A stretch of DNA of 42,696 nt from a bacterium (GTDB lineage Bacteria; Zhuqueibacterota; Zhuqueibacteria; Oceanimicrobiales; Oceanimicrobiaceae), in contig JBBIIG010000001.1 of the NCBI GenBank assembly GCA_037446635.1, forward strand, positions 1 to 42,696, written 5' to 3'. Below the pieces are notes generated by a model, which was not told the DNA's origin, did not search any database, and worked only from the letters and a program-made list of their open reading frames with translations. Numbering within the stretch: the first letter of the stretch is position 1; every line of letters starts with the position of its first letter. A program made the translations under genes and the position numbers. Shown in pieces: positions 9,273 to 17,409 of this stretch.

Positions 9273-11615
9273 TTATCTTTTAAGCAGCTCCACCACCACC
9301 GGTCCGGTCGGGCGAACCATGCACGCCATGCGGCAGTTCTTGGGATCGAGCTGGCAGTCTTGCACGGTGGCTTCTTCATCGTCGGTCATTTTGTTGAGGT
9401 TCTCCATTCCGGAAATAATGCGGATGGGATCGGCGCCGCACAGGCCGGCGTGGCACTCGGCGTCGATGGGCAGGCCGTTTTCCTCGGCGACTTCGCAAAT
9501 GCTTTGGCCTTTTGTGAACTCGATCTGCCGGCCAATGTTGTGAAAAGTTATGACCATACCCTCGGCCGGCGCTTTTACTTTTGCCGGCTCTATCTTAGGC
9601 GCGGGTTTTTTGGCTTCCAAAATCTCAGCGGGCGGCGCCGGCCGAATCACGGACTTGCCGGTCACATACAAACTTTGCGCGGCTGCCGCATCTTTAATGG
9701 TGAAAGAGAAAAGCTGTTGTCCAACACGAAAGCGATCGCCAGATTCCAATTTGATCGCGTTTGAGACTTTCAAATAGGTGCCATTGACGCTTTTCAGGTC
9801 CTTGATGAAAACTTTATTCTCTTTCACGGAAATAGAAAGATGCCGTCGCGAAAGGGTTTTATCCTGCGGATCTAAAGTGAGGTCCGGCGCCTCGCGGCCA
9901 ACGAAAATAGTTTTGTCGGAAAGGTCAAAGCGATTTTTTTCCTTGCCGGATTGATCGTAGTGAATGAATTGGTAGCGCCCGTTATTTTTATTGAGAAGTA
10001 AAAACTGTCGTCCGGCGCGCACTAAATTTCCGGGCGCAACTTCCAACGGCCGGCCTTCCGCAGCGCGTAAATAGACGCCGGTGGCGCTGCCGTCGTCGCG
10101 CAGAAAATATCCTTCGGCGCTGTGAGAAATGGAGGCATGTTTTTCAGACAGCATCGTGTCGTCAGGAAAGTTGATATCGCAGCCCTGCCGGCCAATGGTG
10201 ACGACGCCGTCTGTTTTCAGGGGATATTCTGTTTCCTCCACGTTGCCGGAGAGGATGCGTGTGATGGAGGCCGCGATCTCGATCTCATGCCGGCCGGGGG
10301 GAGCGCTCTTTTCCGGCGGCGCCGCTTTGTCCACCTCCGAAACCGCCTTTTTGATGGTTTGCGAGATTTCTTTTTCTTTTGGACCCGTCGGCTTAATTTC
10401 CCCTTCTTCAGGAAATGTCAATTGCACTTGAATAGCCTTTTTGCCGGCCAACTTCTGCGCGATTACCTCCATCACATACATGCCGTCGATGAGCGCGGAC
10501 TTGATGTTGTCGCGGTGTTTTTCCTCTTTGTAAGTCGAAGGATCAGCATCGAAGCTCTCGGTAACAAAATACGCCGGCGCCAAAATCGCACCCACGATGT
10601 AAACATTGGGCAACTGCGTTTCAAGCAGGGGAGAGACCACCATGCGCTTTTTCTCGCCGGCTGCCACCATGTGAATGCCAAGAGATTTTAGAAATCCTTC
10701 CGGAATGTCTTCGCCGATACACGCAATGCATGACTGTTTTGGAAATTCCAGATGGACAGTCTCGCTCGGACGGCCGTCGATCTTTTTGCGATCAATCCGC
10801 AGGGAAAGATATTCCTGGCGATCTTCGGCGGTCACCACCGCCGCTGGCTCGCTGTGGGGATGATAGCGGATATTGCCATTGCCAATGTAGGCTTCAAAAA
10901 AAACATCCGCCAGCGCTTTGGAAATTTTGGGCATCTCTGCGCCGCGGTAAGACCAATAGACCGGGCAGGGATCCTTGGCCTTCGCTTTTGCATTGGAAAT
11001 GGCGATCACGGCCTCCGCCGCCGAGGTGCCGCCGCCGATCACCAGCGCCGGTCCTTTCACATAATCCGCTGCGTCGTTGAGACGATAGGCAATGCCGTCG
11101 GTGTTGCCGGGAATATCGAAGCGCCGCGGCACCCCGCGCCCCATGGCGATGACCACGTGCCTCGCGGAAAAAGACTCTTCGGCTTTGAGGTTGTGATTCC
11201 AGGTTTTCACTTTCCATAAGTCACCGCTGCGTTCCAGCCCCGTGAACTCGATGCCAATTTTTGCCGGCACGCTATTTTCGATATAGTGGTTGCGCCAGAG
11301 TTTCACCATCGCGTCTTTATCGATAGGGGGGAAATGGAGCAGGTTAAAAATTTTGCCGCCCTTTGGGAATTTCATTTTGTCGCCGCCGCCGAAATCGGGC
11401 AGGATGTCTTTTTCTTTCGGATAGTCGCGAATGCGCTTCATCAAATCGTCGAAGTCGATGACCAGCGCCGCCAGCCCCAATTCTTTGGCGCGAAAGGCGC
11501 AGGCGGTGCCGCCGGGCCCGCCGCCAACGATGAGTACGTCCAGCACCTGCGGCAGGATTAGCGGTTTTTTTAATTTAAGCGAGCCGTCTTTTTCGATTGC
11601 AGATTTTTCGGCCAT
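9273..11615 (-). CDS. TrxB/YpdA-fold FAD/NAD(P)H oxidoreductase fused to two FHA domains and a C-terminal 2Fe-2S ferredoxin
   Basis: FAD motif VLIVGGGPGG and NAD(P)H motif LVIGGGTSAAE...SYRG, with no CxxC between them. FHA1 is TIGR...SEKHA...SATG and FHA2 is VGR...SRRHL...SVNGT. The ferredoxin reads ECHAGLCGADP...RMAC. Confidence 0.85.
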   Translation of the reverse strand: MAEKSAIEKDGSLKLKKPLILPQVLDVLIVGGGPGGTACAFRAKELGLAALVIDFDDLMKRIRDYPKEKDILPDFGGGDKMKFPKGGKIFNLLHFPPIDKDAMVKLWRNHYIENSVPAKIGIEFTGLERSGDLWKVKTWNHNLKAEESFSARHVVIAMGRGVPRRFDIPGNTDGIAYRLNDAADYVKGPALVIGGGTSAAEAVIAISNAKAKAKDPCPVYWSYRGAEMPKISKALADVFFEAYIGNGNIRYHPHSEPAAVVTAEDRQEYLSLRIDRKKIDGRPSETVHLEFPKQSCIACIGEDIPEGFLKSLGIHMVAAGEKKRMVVSPLLETQLPNVYIVGAILAPAYFVTESFDADPSTYKEEKHRDNIKSALIDGMYVMEVIAQKLAGKKAIQVQLTFPEEGEIKPTGPKEKEISQTIKKAVSEVDKAAPPEKSAPPGRHEIEIAASITRILSGNVEETEYPLKTDGVVTIGRQGCDINFPDDTMLSEKHASISHSAEGYFLRDDGSATGVYLRAAEGRPLEVAPGNLVRAGRQFLLLNKNNGRYQFIHYDQSGKEKNRFDLSDKTIFVGREAPDLTLDPQDKTLSRRHLSISVKENKVFIKDLKSVNGTYLKVSNAIKLESGDRFRVGQQLFSFTIKDAAAAQSLYVTGKSVIRPAPPAEILEAKKPAPKIEPAKVKAPAEGMVITFHNIGRQIEFTKGQSICEVAEENGLPIDAECHAGLCGADPIRIISGMENLNKMTDDEEATVQDCQLDPKNCRMACMVRPTGPVVVELLKR

Positions 11616-11629
11616 CAGAAAGCGATCCT

Positions 11630-12487
11630 TTATTTTTTCATGAGTCTGGTTTCTACCGCGCCAAAACGAATTGCCGCGTCCGGCGGCGCCTCAACTTCGC
11701 GCTCGATTTTTTCGTTGTTCACAAAAGTTTTATTTTTGCTGCCGGCGTCTTTCACAAAAACTTTGCCCGCCTCCAAGCGGATGACGGCGTGCTTGCGCGA
11801 AATCGACGGCTCGTCCAAAACGACGTCGCACTCTTCAGTGCGACCGACGATATTTTCCCCTGGCTTTAACTCCACAGTTTTATTGACGCCGACGATATGC
11901 AGCGCGAAGTGCGGTTCTTTGGCCGGTTGGGGTTCTTCCACTGCCGGGAAAGCTGGAATAGCGACGAAATCCTGATCGAGACGAGTGCGCTGGGCGTCGT
12001 CGGATTTTCCGAAATCAGTGGGCGGCAACATGACCTCGCCATCGATCATGGTTTTATCGCGGTCGGCGTAACTGGCAGCGGAAGGTTCGGAAATCGCCGG
12101 CGCGATGAAGGCATCGGCATCGAACATGGTTTTTTCAGAAGCCGCAGCCATTTTATCATCTACTGACTTAGACTTCTCTGTTGGGAGCTTCAAATTTTGA
12201 AAAATAAAATCGAATTTATGCGCGAAGGTGATGACGTGCAGGTCGCCCAATTTTTCTTTGAATTTCACCGGCGCGCCATCGACGCGGGTGCCGTTACGGC
12301 TGTTTAAATCTTCAACAAAAAAGCAGCCTTCCCCGTCGTCGTAATAGATGCGAGCGTGCTGGCTGGAGATGATGTCGGCATCCAACACGCAATCGTTCGT
12401 TGGGTGCTTGCCGACGGTGGCTTCGTTGTTGATGAGAAATTCCTTGCCGGCGAGCTGGCCGGTTTTGCAGAACAACTTGGCTTGCAT
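11630..12487 (-). CDS. Double-FHA domain protein with an acidic, Thr-motif linker
   Basis: FHA1 is TVGK...ISSQHARI...DLNSRNGT and FHA2 is IVGR...SISRKHAVI...DAGSKNKT. GGAG RBS upstream. Confidence 0.88.
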   Translation of the reverse strand: MQAKLFCKTGQLAGKEFLINNEATVGKHPTNDCVLDADIISSQHARIYYDDGEGCFFVEDLNSRNGTRVDGAPVKFKEKLGDLHVITFAHKFDFIFQNLKLPTEKSKSVDDKMAAASEKTMFDADAFIAPAISEPSAASYADRDKTMIDGEVMLPPTDFGKSDDAQRTRLDQDFVAIPAFPAVEEPQPAKEPHFALHIVGVNKTVELKPGENIVGRTEECDVVLDEPSISRKHAVIRLEAGKVFVKDAGSKNKTFVNNEKIEREVEAPPDAAIRFGAVETRLMKK

Positions 12488-12512
12488 CTGATTAGGACTC
12501 CTTCATGTCTAA

Positions 12513-12554
12513 AAGGTACGCTTACTAAACCTTCAAGGTTTGGTAAACGTCTTT
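12513..12554. repeat. Intergenic hairpin, short member of the AACCTT...AAGGTT palindrome family
   Basis: Core AAACCTT-c-AAGGTTT at 12527-12541, extended by imperfect ACG.TTAC/GTAA.CGT pairing. Confidence 0.55.
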
Positions 12555-12562
12555 CCATTCTC

Positions 12563-13636
12563 TCATTGCGCCGCCCCCCTGAACCGCGAAAGTTTGTTCG
12601 GATGAAACTCGTGGCAGGTCACGCAGCTATTGGATGTCAAGCCCGGTTTGTGGCAAGCATGGCAATTGGAAATTTTCGGAATATTCAGAGTCGCGGATTG
12701 ATCGGCCATGGGCGACCCGGGCATGTCGCGCGTGATAGGAATTTCCGTGTGGCAGCCCAGGCACGGTCGAATCAACAAATGCGGCTGATGATTGAATTCC
12801 GCGACGGCGAAAATGCGCTGATTGTGCTGAACGGGTGCCACCCGCCCGCCGGCAACGACGTGGCACAAGGCGCATTTATTTTTCGCTGCGGTTAGAGCCG
12901 CGAGATCTTTGTGCCGAAATCCTCCCAGGTCGCGGAGGTGACAACCGGCGCACTGGTCTTCAAAATCGATATCCTTAAAATGCCTGCCGTCCGATTCGAA
13001 CTGATGACACGACAGGCAGTTTTTTTCAATTTCTTTCATTTTGGAATATTCGGTTGCGTGGTTGATGTGGCTGAAAATCAGGTTGCCGTTGTCCGGGGTT
13101 TGGTTGCGCGCGAAAGCAAATTCCGGGTGGCCGCTGTTGAAGGAACCAAAGTTGTGACAACTTTGACAGCGGGCATCGGGGGCGCTGGTCACCGGCGCGC
13201 GGCGTCCTCGGTGTTCGAGGTGGCAAGCATAACACGGACGCTCATAATCGCTGTATTCCTTTTGCCCTAGGTTCCGGCGTTCGAGGTTGTCGGAGCGGTA
13301 AATGTAATGCGCCGCAAAATCAAAGATGCGGCCGCGGTTGCCGCTGAGGTCGTGGCAGCCGGAACATTTGTCGCTGGCCACGTCGCCAAAACTTTGGTGG
13401 CAGTGGGCGCAGTCTTTTTCCAAATTAGCATGTTGGGAGGAAAGCGGTCCGCTGGAAATCAGGCTGTCGTTGAAGAAAATGGTGTCGGCTAAAAAATAGA
13501 GCGCAAACGCCAGGCACCCCAGCACACCGATGGCGATCATGCGCCGGCGCGTGATAGGGTAGATGTACTGTTTCGAGACCGGCAGCTTCAGCGGACTAAA
13601 AGAGCCTTTGCGGGTATCGTCGGTTTGATTGGGCAT
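12563..13636 (-). CDS. Membrane-anchored decaheme c-type cytochrome
   Basis: One N-terminal TM helix and ten CxxCH motifs: CAHCH, CSGCH, CYACH, CQSCH, CLSCH, CAGCH, CALCH, CLGCH, CHACH, CVTCH. FSHINH and FNHQPH provide c3-like distal His motifs. Confidence 0.9.
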   Translation of the reverse strand: MPNQTDDTRKGSFSPLKLPVSKQYIYPITRRRMIAIGVLGCLAFALYFLADTIFFNDSLISSGPLSSQHANLEKDCAHCHQSFGDVASDKCSGCHDLSGNRGRIFDFAAHYIYRSDNLERRNLGQKEYSDYERPCYACHLEHRGRRAPVTSAPDARCQSCHNFGSFNSGHPEFAFARNQTPDNGNLIFSHINHATEYSKMKEIEKNCLSCHQFESDGRHFKDIDFEDQCAGCHLRDLGGFRHKDLAALTAAKNKCALCHVVAGGRVAPVQHNQRIFAVAEFNHQPHLLIRPCLGCHTEIPITRDMPGSPMADQSATLNIPKISNCHACHKPGLTSNSCVTCHEFHPNKLSRFRGAAQ

Positions 13637-13682
13637 AACAAATTTGACTATTTGGCTTTTTGGTCAAGAAGTCTGGAATTTC

Positions 13683-13787
13683 TTAGCGTCTTCTGTTTGA
13701 CAAGTGCTTCCCTTCAATCTGAACGTAGACGATTCCTACTACGGCGATAATGCCAAGGATGATAAGAGCAATGGCATAGTATGTCAT
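13683..13787 (-). CDS. Small single-TM membrane protein (34 aa), absent from the ORF track
   Basis: Hand translation MTYYAIALIILGIIAVVGIVYVQIEGKHLSNRRR*. A strong RBS (GGAGGTG) lies 8 nt upstream, and the ORF begins 2 nt after the upstream stop. Confidence 0.6.
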   Translation of the reverse strand: MTYYAIALIILGIIAVVGIVYVQIEGKHLSNRRR

Positions 13788-13789
13788 TT

Positions 13790-13994
13790 TTATTTCACCT
13801 CCGTTGCATCAAGTAGATAACCCAATACGAAAAATAGAGTGGCAACAACAAAACCTCCGACAAACATTATCAGGCTCACATTTTCTGGTCTTGCTAATGG
13901 ACTGATCTCGTTAATTGTAAGAATTATTTTTGCTAAAATCGAAAGAAAATTTGCCCAAATTGTCTTTTTGTTTTTCAGTTTTGATAAGTTGCAT
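13790..13994 (-). pseudogene. Frameshifted small two-TM membrane protein gene (DUF6722-like)
   Basis: ATG 13994 gives MQLIKTEKQKDNLGKFSFD. Removing one base from the T4 run at 13935-13938 continues it as LAKIILTINEISPLARPENVSLIMFVGGFVVATLFFVLGYLLDATEVK*. The span is 205 nt (3n+1) and AT-rich. Confidence 0.55.
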
Positions 13995-14010
13995 AAACTT
14001 GTTCCCGCAA

Positions 14011-14856
14011 CTAATAATACCACACCGCATAAATATGCAACGCGATCAACAGAATCAAAACCAGCGACGCCGGGACGTGCAAATATAGCCACCAGCGCAG
14101 CGCCTTTTGCAGCGTGTAGTGAGCATCCAACTCCAGCTTGGTTTTGTAATAGGATTCTAATTGGTCGAGGCGGGCTTTTTCATCAACGGGCAGTACTTTG
14201 CTCAAATAGTCGAACTGTTTGATTTGAGATTGCACGCCGCCAGTGATATCGAAATAATAGACCAATTTCAATTGCGGACCGCGCAGCGCCGCCGCAATAT
14301 TCTTGCGATAAAATTCCTTCACCGGATCGGTGCAGAATTTCAGCAGCTCTTCGCTGCGCTCGCGAATTTCCTGAATGAGCTCCGGAATGCGCTCGTAAAT
14401 TACCTCCACGGTGAGTCCGGAAGTGAGCAAGCGGGGAATCCACTTCTGCAAAAAGACACCGAAGAGTCCGCTGACCGCCACCCAGATACTCAAAATAAAA
14501 AGCCACCACGTGAGCGTGCCGGTGGGCAGGCGAAAGCCACTGTGCATCAGTACCAGCAGCAGCGACAGTGTGCCAGCATAGACGTGGAATTGTACCCAGG
14601 TTTGCGCGCGGCCAGCGCTGAATTTTTTTGTGTGCCGGGTGATGCGCCGGCGAATTCCGTAAAGTCCGGCGCCGGCCATCAAAACTGCAGCAGCGATGCC
14701 GTAGCTTAATCCCAGCCACGAGCCAGGATTCGCTTCAGAGAAAAGAATATTCAGCAGATAAATGAGCTTGCAAACCCCGGCGGCAATCACAAATCCCCAA
14801 AACCAGCGGGGCGCTTGCACCAGCTTATTGATGCGTTGGATGAACGATTTTATCAT
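14011..14856 (-). CDS. Integral membrane protein with two His pairs, putative di-heme cytochrome b (ferric-reductase-like TM domain)
   Basis: WVQFHVYAGTLSLLLVLMHSGF and WLYLHVPASLVLILLIALHI each place two His 14 residues apart on a helix. About five TM segments. Start set at MIKSFI. Confidence 0.75.
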   Translation of the reverse strand: MIKSFIQRINKLVQAPRWFWGFVIAAGVCKLIYLLNILFSEANPGSWLGLSYGIAAAVLMAGAGLYGIRRRITRHTKKFSAGRAQTWVQFHVYAGTLSLLLVLMHSGFRLPTGTLTWWLFILSIWVAVSGLFGVFLQKWIPRLLTSGLTVEVIYERIPELIQEIRERSEELLKFCTDPVKEFYRKNIAAALRGPQLKLVYYFDITGGVQSQIKQFDYLSKVLPVDEKARLDQLESYYKTKLELDAHYTLQKALRWWLYLHVPASLVLILLIALHIYAVWYY

Positions 14857-14925
14857 TTTTATTTTTAAGTGCAAAAATACGCTGCGCTGATTTTTCCACT
14901 CCCATTCGTGCAATTCGTGGTTTCA

Positions 14926-16572
14926 TCAGATATTCAGCAACGCTTGAAATTCCTCCAAACTTCCTACCCGTACCGCGCAGCCATTGGGACAACTGCGCAC
15001 ACACGCCGGCCCGGTTTTGGAGGAGTAGCACAAGTCGCACTTGCTGGCCAATTGCCGTTCTTTGCCGCGCAGACGCTCGGGCATCATGTTCTCCGGCCAG
15101 ATGCCGCCGGTGTCGTGCATTTGAATCGCATCGTAGGGGCAATTTTTGGCGCAGGCCTGGCAGCCGATGCAGATGTGATCGTCGATGGCTACCACCGCGC
15201 CGACGTTGGTGCGATGAATCGCGCCGGTCGGGCAGCCGACGAGACAGAGCGGGTCGCGGCAGTGGTAGCACGCTTTGGTGATCAGCAAGTTTTGATATTT
15301 ATCGCCCTCACGCACGAATCGCGGCCGGCCGTCGTGGGTGGAGGCGCAGCCGCGCACGCAATCGTCGCAGCGGGTACAGGTGTTGAGGTCGATGACGAGA
15401 ATGCTGTTGCCCTGTACCAGTCCGTTCACCAGCGCGGTCTCGATAAACTCTGATTGCGAAAGGTTACGCTTGCTGTATCCCGATTCTTTGATGCGCGCCA
15501 CCACCGACTGCCACAGCAGCCTTTCGATGTACGGATAAGTTTTGATGAGGCCGCGCAGGTCAGCATACGGAATTTTCACCAACTCTGCATGGGCAAGAGA
15601 TGAAGCCGTGAACTGCCACTCGGACATTCCCTCAATCAGCATTTCAACGTCTCCCAACGTCATGCCTTTGGAGAGATAAGAAACCACCAACTGGCCTTCG
15701 CCGAATTGTTGGGCGAGTTTGACGAAACCGGAACGTACGACGTAAATGGAATCAGCGGTGTCGCCTTCAGTGGTGATGACATCGCCAGCATCGCAGGAGA
15801 CCAATTCCACTTTTGGAGCCAGTGTCTCGATGAAGCGGCTGTCGCATTTTTCGAACAGCGGCGTTTGCTTGAGATGCTGGACGAGATATTTTTCTTTGTA
15901 GATTTTATCAATGCGATTTTTCAGATCCTTGGATTTATTTTTCATCTTGCGCAAGCTGGCGACTTTGATTTGAATCAAATCGCAGTCGCTGGCGCATTGT
16001 GCGGTGACGGACTGCGGCCAGCCGCTGAGCGCGCCGATCTCGCCAAAGAATTCTCCCGGCCCCAGAGTTATCCGCGATCCAAATTGCAAATTAAAATCCA
16101 TTACGGACAAATAGACAATGTCTTTGCCGCGCCGCTGTTTGCCGATCTGCGTTTGTAAAACCGATTCGCTCGCAGAAGGCTTTATACCCTTTTCCGGTGG
16201 GCCTTCGTAAAGTCGTGTGCGATGAGGATCAAAAATGGGGGTGCTGAGGTGAGCGTCCTGCGTTTTACTGACATAAACATCCACCGCGCCCTGGATGATG
16301 CAAAACGCCAGATCAAGATAGGTGCCTTCCTCAAATAGAATCGTGCCCTTTTTCCAGCGGGCGACGGAGACGTCCGGGCTGATCTCTTCCAGAAACTTGT
16401 CCGGATAATTTTCAAAAATGGGGAATTGTTTGAGTTCCTGCGGAGAAAGCCGGCCGGAGAAGCTCAAAATGCCGCGCTCGGGATCGGGGCCGTACGCGCT
16501 CCAGCGGTCCTGGTACTGCTCGGTGAGCTTGATGATGGTGGGACGGATGTCTGGTGTTTCAGCGATGTTCAT
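14926..16572 (-). CDS. Tandem cyclic-nucleotide-binding-domain protein fused to a DmsB/NrfC-type four-cluster [4Fe-4S] ferredoxin
   Basis: cNMP1 is KGTILFEEG...IIQGAVDV...LGPGEFFGEIGAL and cNMP2 is AGDVITTEGDTADSIYVVRSGFVKL. Sixteen Cys occur in CTRCDDCVRGC, CYHCRDPLCLVGCP, CIGCQACAKNCP and KCDLC...ACVRSCP. ATG at 16572. Confidence 0.88.
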   Translation of the reverse strand: MNIAETPDIRPTIIKLTEQYQDRWSAYGPDPERGILSFSGRLSPQELKQFPIFENYPDKFLEEISPDVSVARWKKGTILFEEGTYLDLAFCIIQGAVDVYVSKTQDAHLSTPIFDPHRTRLYEGPPEKGIKPSASESVLQTQIGKQRRGKDIVYLSVMDFNLQFGSRITLGPGEFFGEIGALSGWPQSVTAQCASDCDLIQIKVASLRKMKNKSKDLKNRIDKIYKEKYLVQHLKQTPLFEKCDSRFIETLAPKVELVSCDAGDVITTEGDTADSIYVVRSGFVKLAQQFGEGQLVVSYLSKGMTLGDVEMLIEGMSEWQFTASSLAHAELVKIPYADLRGLIKTYPYIERLLWQSVVARIKESGYSKRNLSQSEFIETALVNGLVQGNSILVIDLNTCTRCDDCVRGCASTHDGRPRFVREGDKYQNLLITKACYHCRDPLCLVGCPTGAIHRTNVGAVVAIDDHICIGCQACAKNCPYDAIQMHDTGGIWPENMMPERLRGKERQLASKCDLCYSSKTGPACVRSCPNGCAVRVGSLEEFQALLNI

Positions 16573-16588
16573 AGTTTGTAAAGCTGTT

Positions 16589-16994
16589 TTAAGAAGGCTT
16601 CTCAATCACGATTGCGGTGTAATCAATATTTTGCCACAGTCGTTCAAACAACTCGCTCTTTAAGCGCTTTTCTCCGTCTTCAGGATCTAATAAATAAACC
16701 ATGTTTCTTTCTATGCGATAGACAACTACAGAATGGATGTAAAAATCGTCATCAGCAAATTTCAAGATAATAGCAATGACGGGGACATTCTTGCTTATGA
16801 GTTCTCGAAGTTTATCGAAATTCACGAGCTTACATAAGCATCCAGTCCATAGGATTTTGCACAGTCAACAGCGTGAATGGGGTGGGTACCATAAAATTTG
16901 GTTTTCAGTTTTATTCTTAAAGTCGTTTCGGTTTCTTTAATCCCGCCAGACAGGAATAGCCTTTCTCTTGTTTATACAGCTTCGGCTTCTTCAA
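16589..16994 (-). pseudogene. Disrupted peptidase C39-like gene spread over three frames
   Basis: Frame 1 reads KPKLYKQEKGYSCL (Q..C motif). Frame 2 reads GIKETETTLRIKLKTKFYGTHPIHAVDCAKSYGLDAYVSS*. Frame 3 reads NFDKLRELISKNVPVIA...YIHSVVVY...YLLDPEDG (His and Asp motifs). AT-rich. Confidence 0.6.
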
Positions 16995-17306
16995 GAGAAG
17001 AACCTCAGCTTTTTGCAGAACTTCAGACTTGGCCGTCGTTCCCAAAATAGAATGAGTCACATCGTCGATAAGAATGGCGCCGATCTCTCCATAGACACCG
17101 GATTTTTTACTCAACACAATTGGAACGACCCAGAGTTTTTTACCGTCCAGTGCGGCCTTTTGCGGCACTCCGGCAACCATTCCGTCCGTCAACTCTCTCG
17201 AAATATACCCGTTAGCCACCGAAAATATCTTTAGAATCTCTGGGCCATAGAGAGTTTCAAACCTTTTTAGAGCCTTTTTCGCTGCTTTGAATTTGTCGAT
17301 TGGCAT
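16917..17306 (-). CDS. Hypothetical protein (129 aa) that reads in frame into the start of the C39-like remnant
   Basis: Starts MPIDKF at ATG 17306 and contains LWVVPIVLS...YGEIGAILID. Lower GC than the flanks, with its own promoter-like element upstream. Confidence 0.55.
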   Translation of the reverse strand: MPIDKFKAAKKALKRFETLYGPEILKIFSVANGYISRELTDGMVAGVPQKAALDGKKLWVVPIVLSKKSGVYGEIGAILIDDVTHSILGTTAKSEVLQKAEVLLLKKPKLYKQEKGYSCLAGLKKPKRL

Positions 17307-17331
17307 GCGTTCACCGTTTGATTTTTTTACA

Positions 17332-17360
17332 AATATAGCAGTGGCGAAGCACTTTTTCAA
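17332..17360 (-). promoter_or_regulatory. Sigma-70-type promoter at the head of the AT-rich insert
   Basis: Minus strand TTGAAA (17360-17355), 17 nt spacer, TATATT (17337-17332), with an extended -10 TG. Confidence 0.55.
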
Positions 17361-17409
17361 AACATTATTTACTGATCACAGAATTCGTGAAAGCGCTTCG
17401 CCATCGCCC

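Noticed and set aside
8448..12487. Type VI secretion regulatory module (PpkA/PppA/Fha)
   Set aside because: No T6SS structural genes (tssB/C, hcp, vgrG, tssM, clpV) are in the window.
13790..14092. 100-aa ORF as given in the track
   Set aside because: Its first third overlaps the upstream gene out of frame. A frameshifted gene starting at 13994 explains the region better.
16822..16824. In-frame TGA as possible selenocysteine or readthrough
   Set aside because: The same frame after the TGA is short and not peptidase-like. Similarity continues in another frame, which indicates a frameshift.
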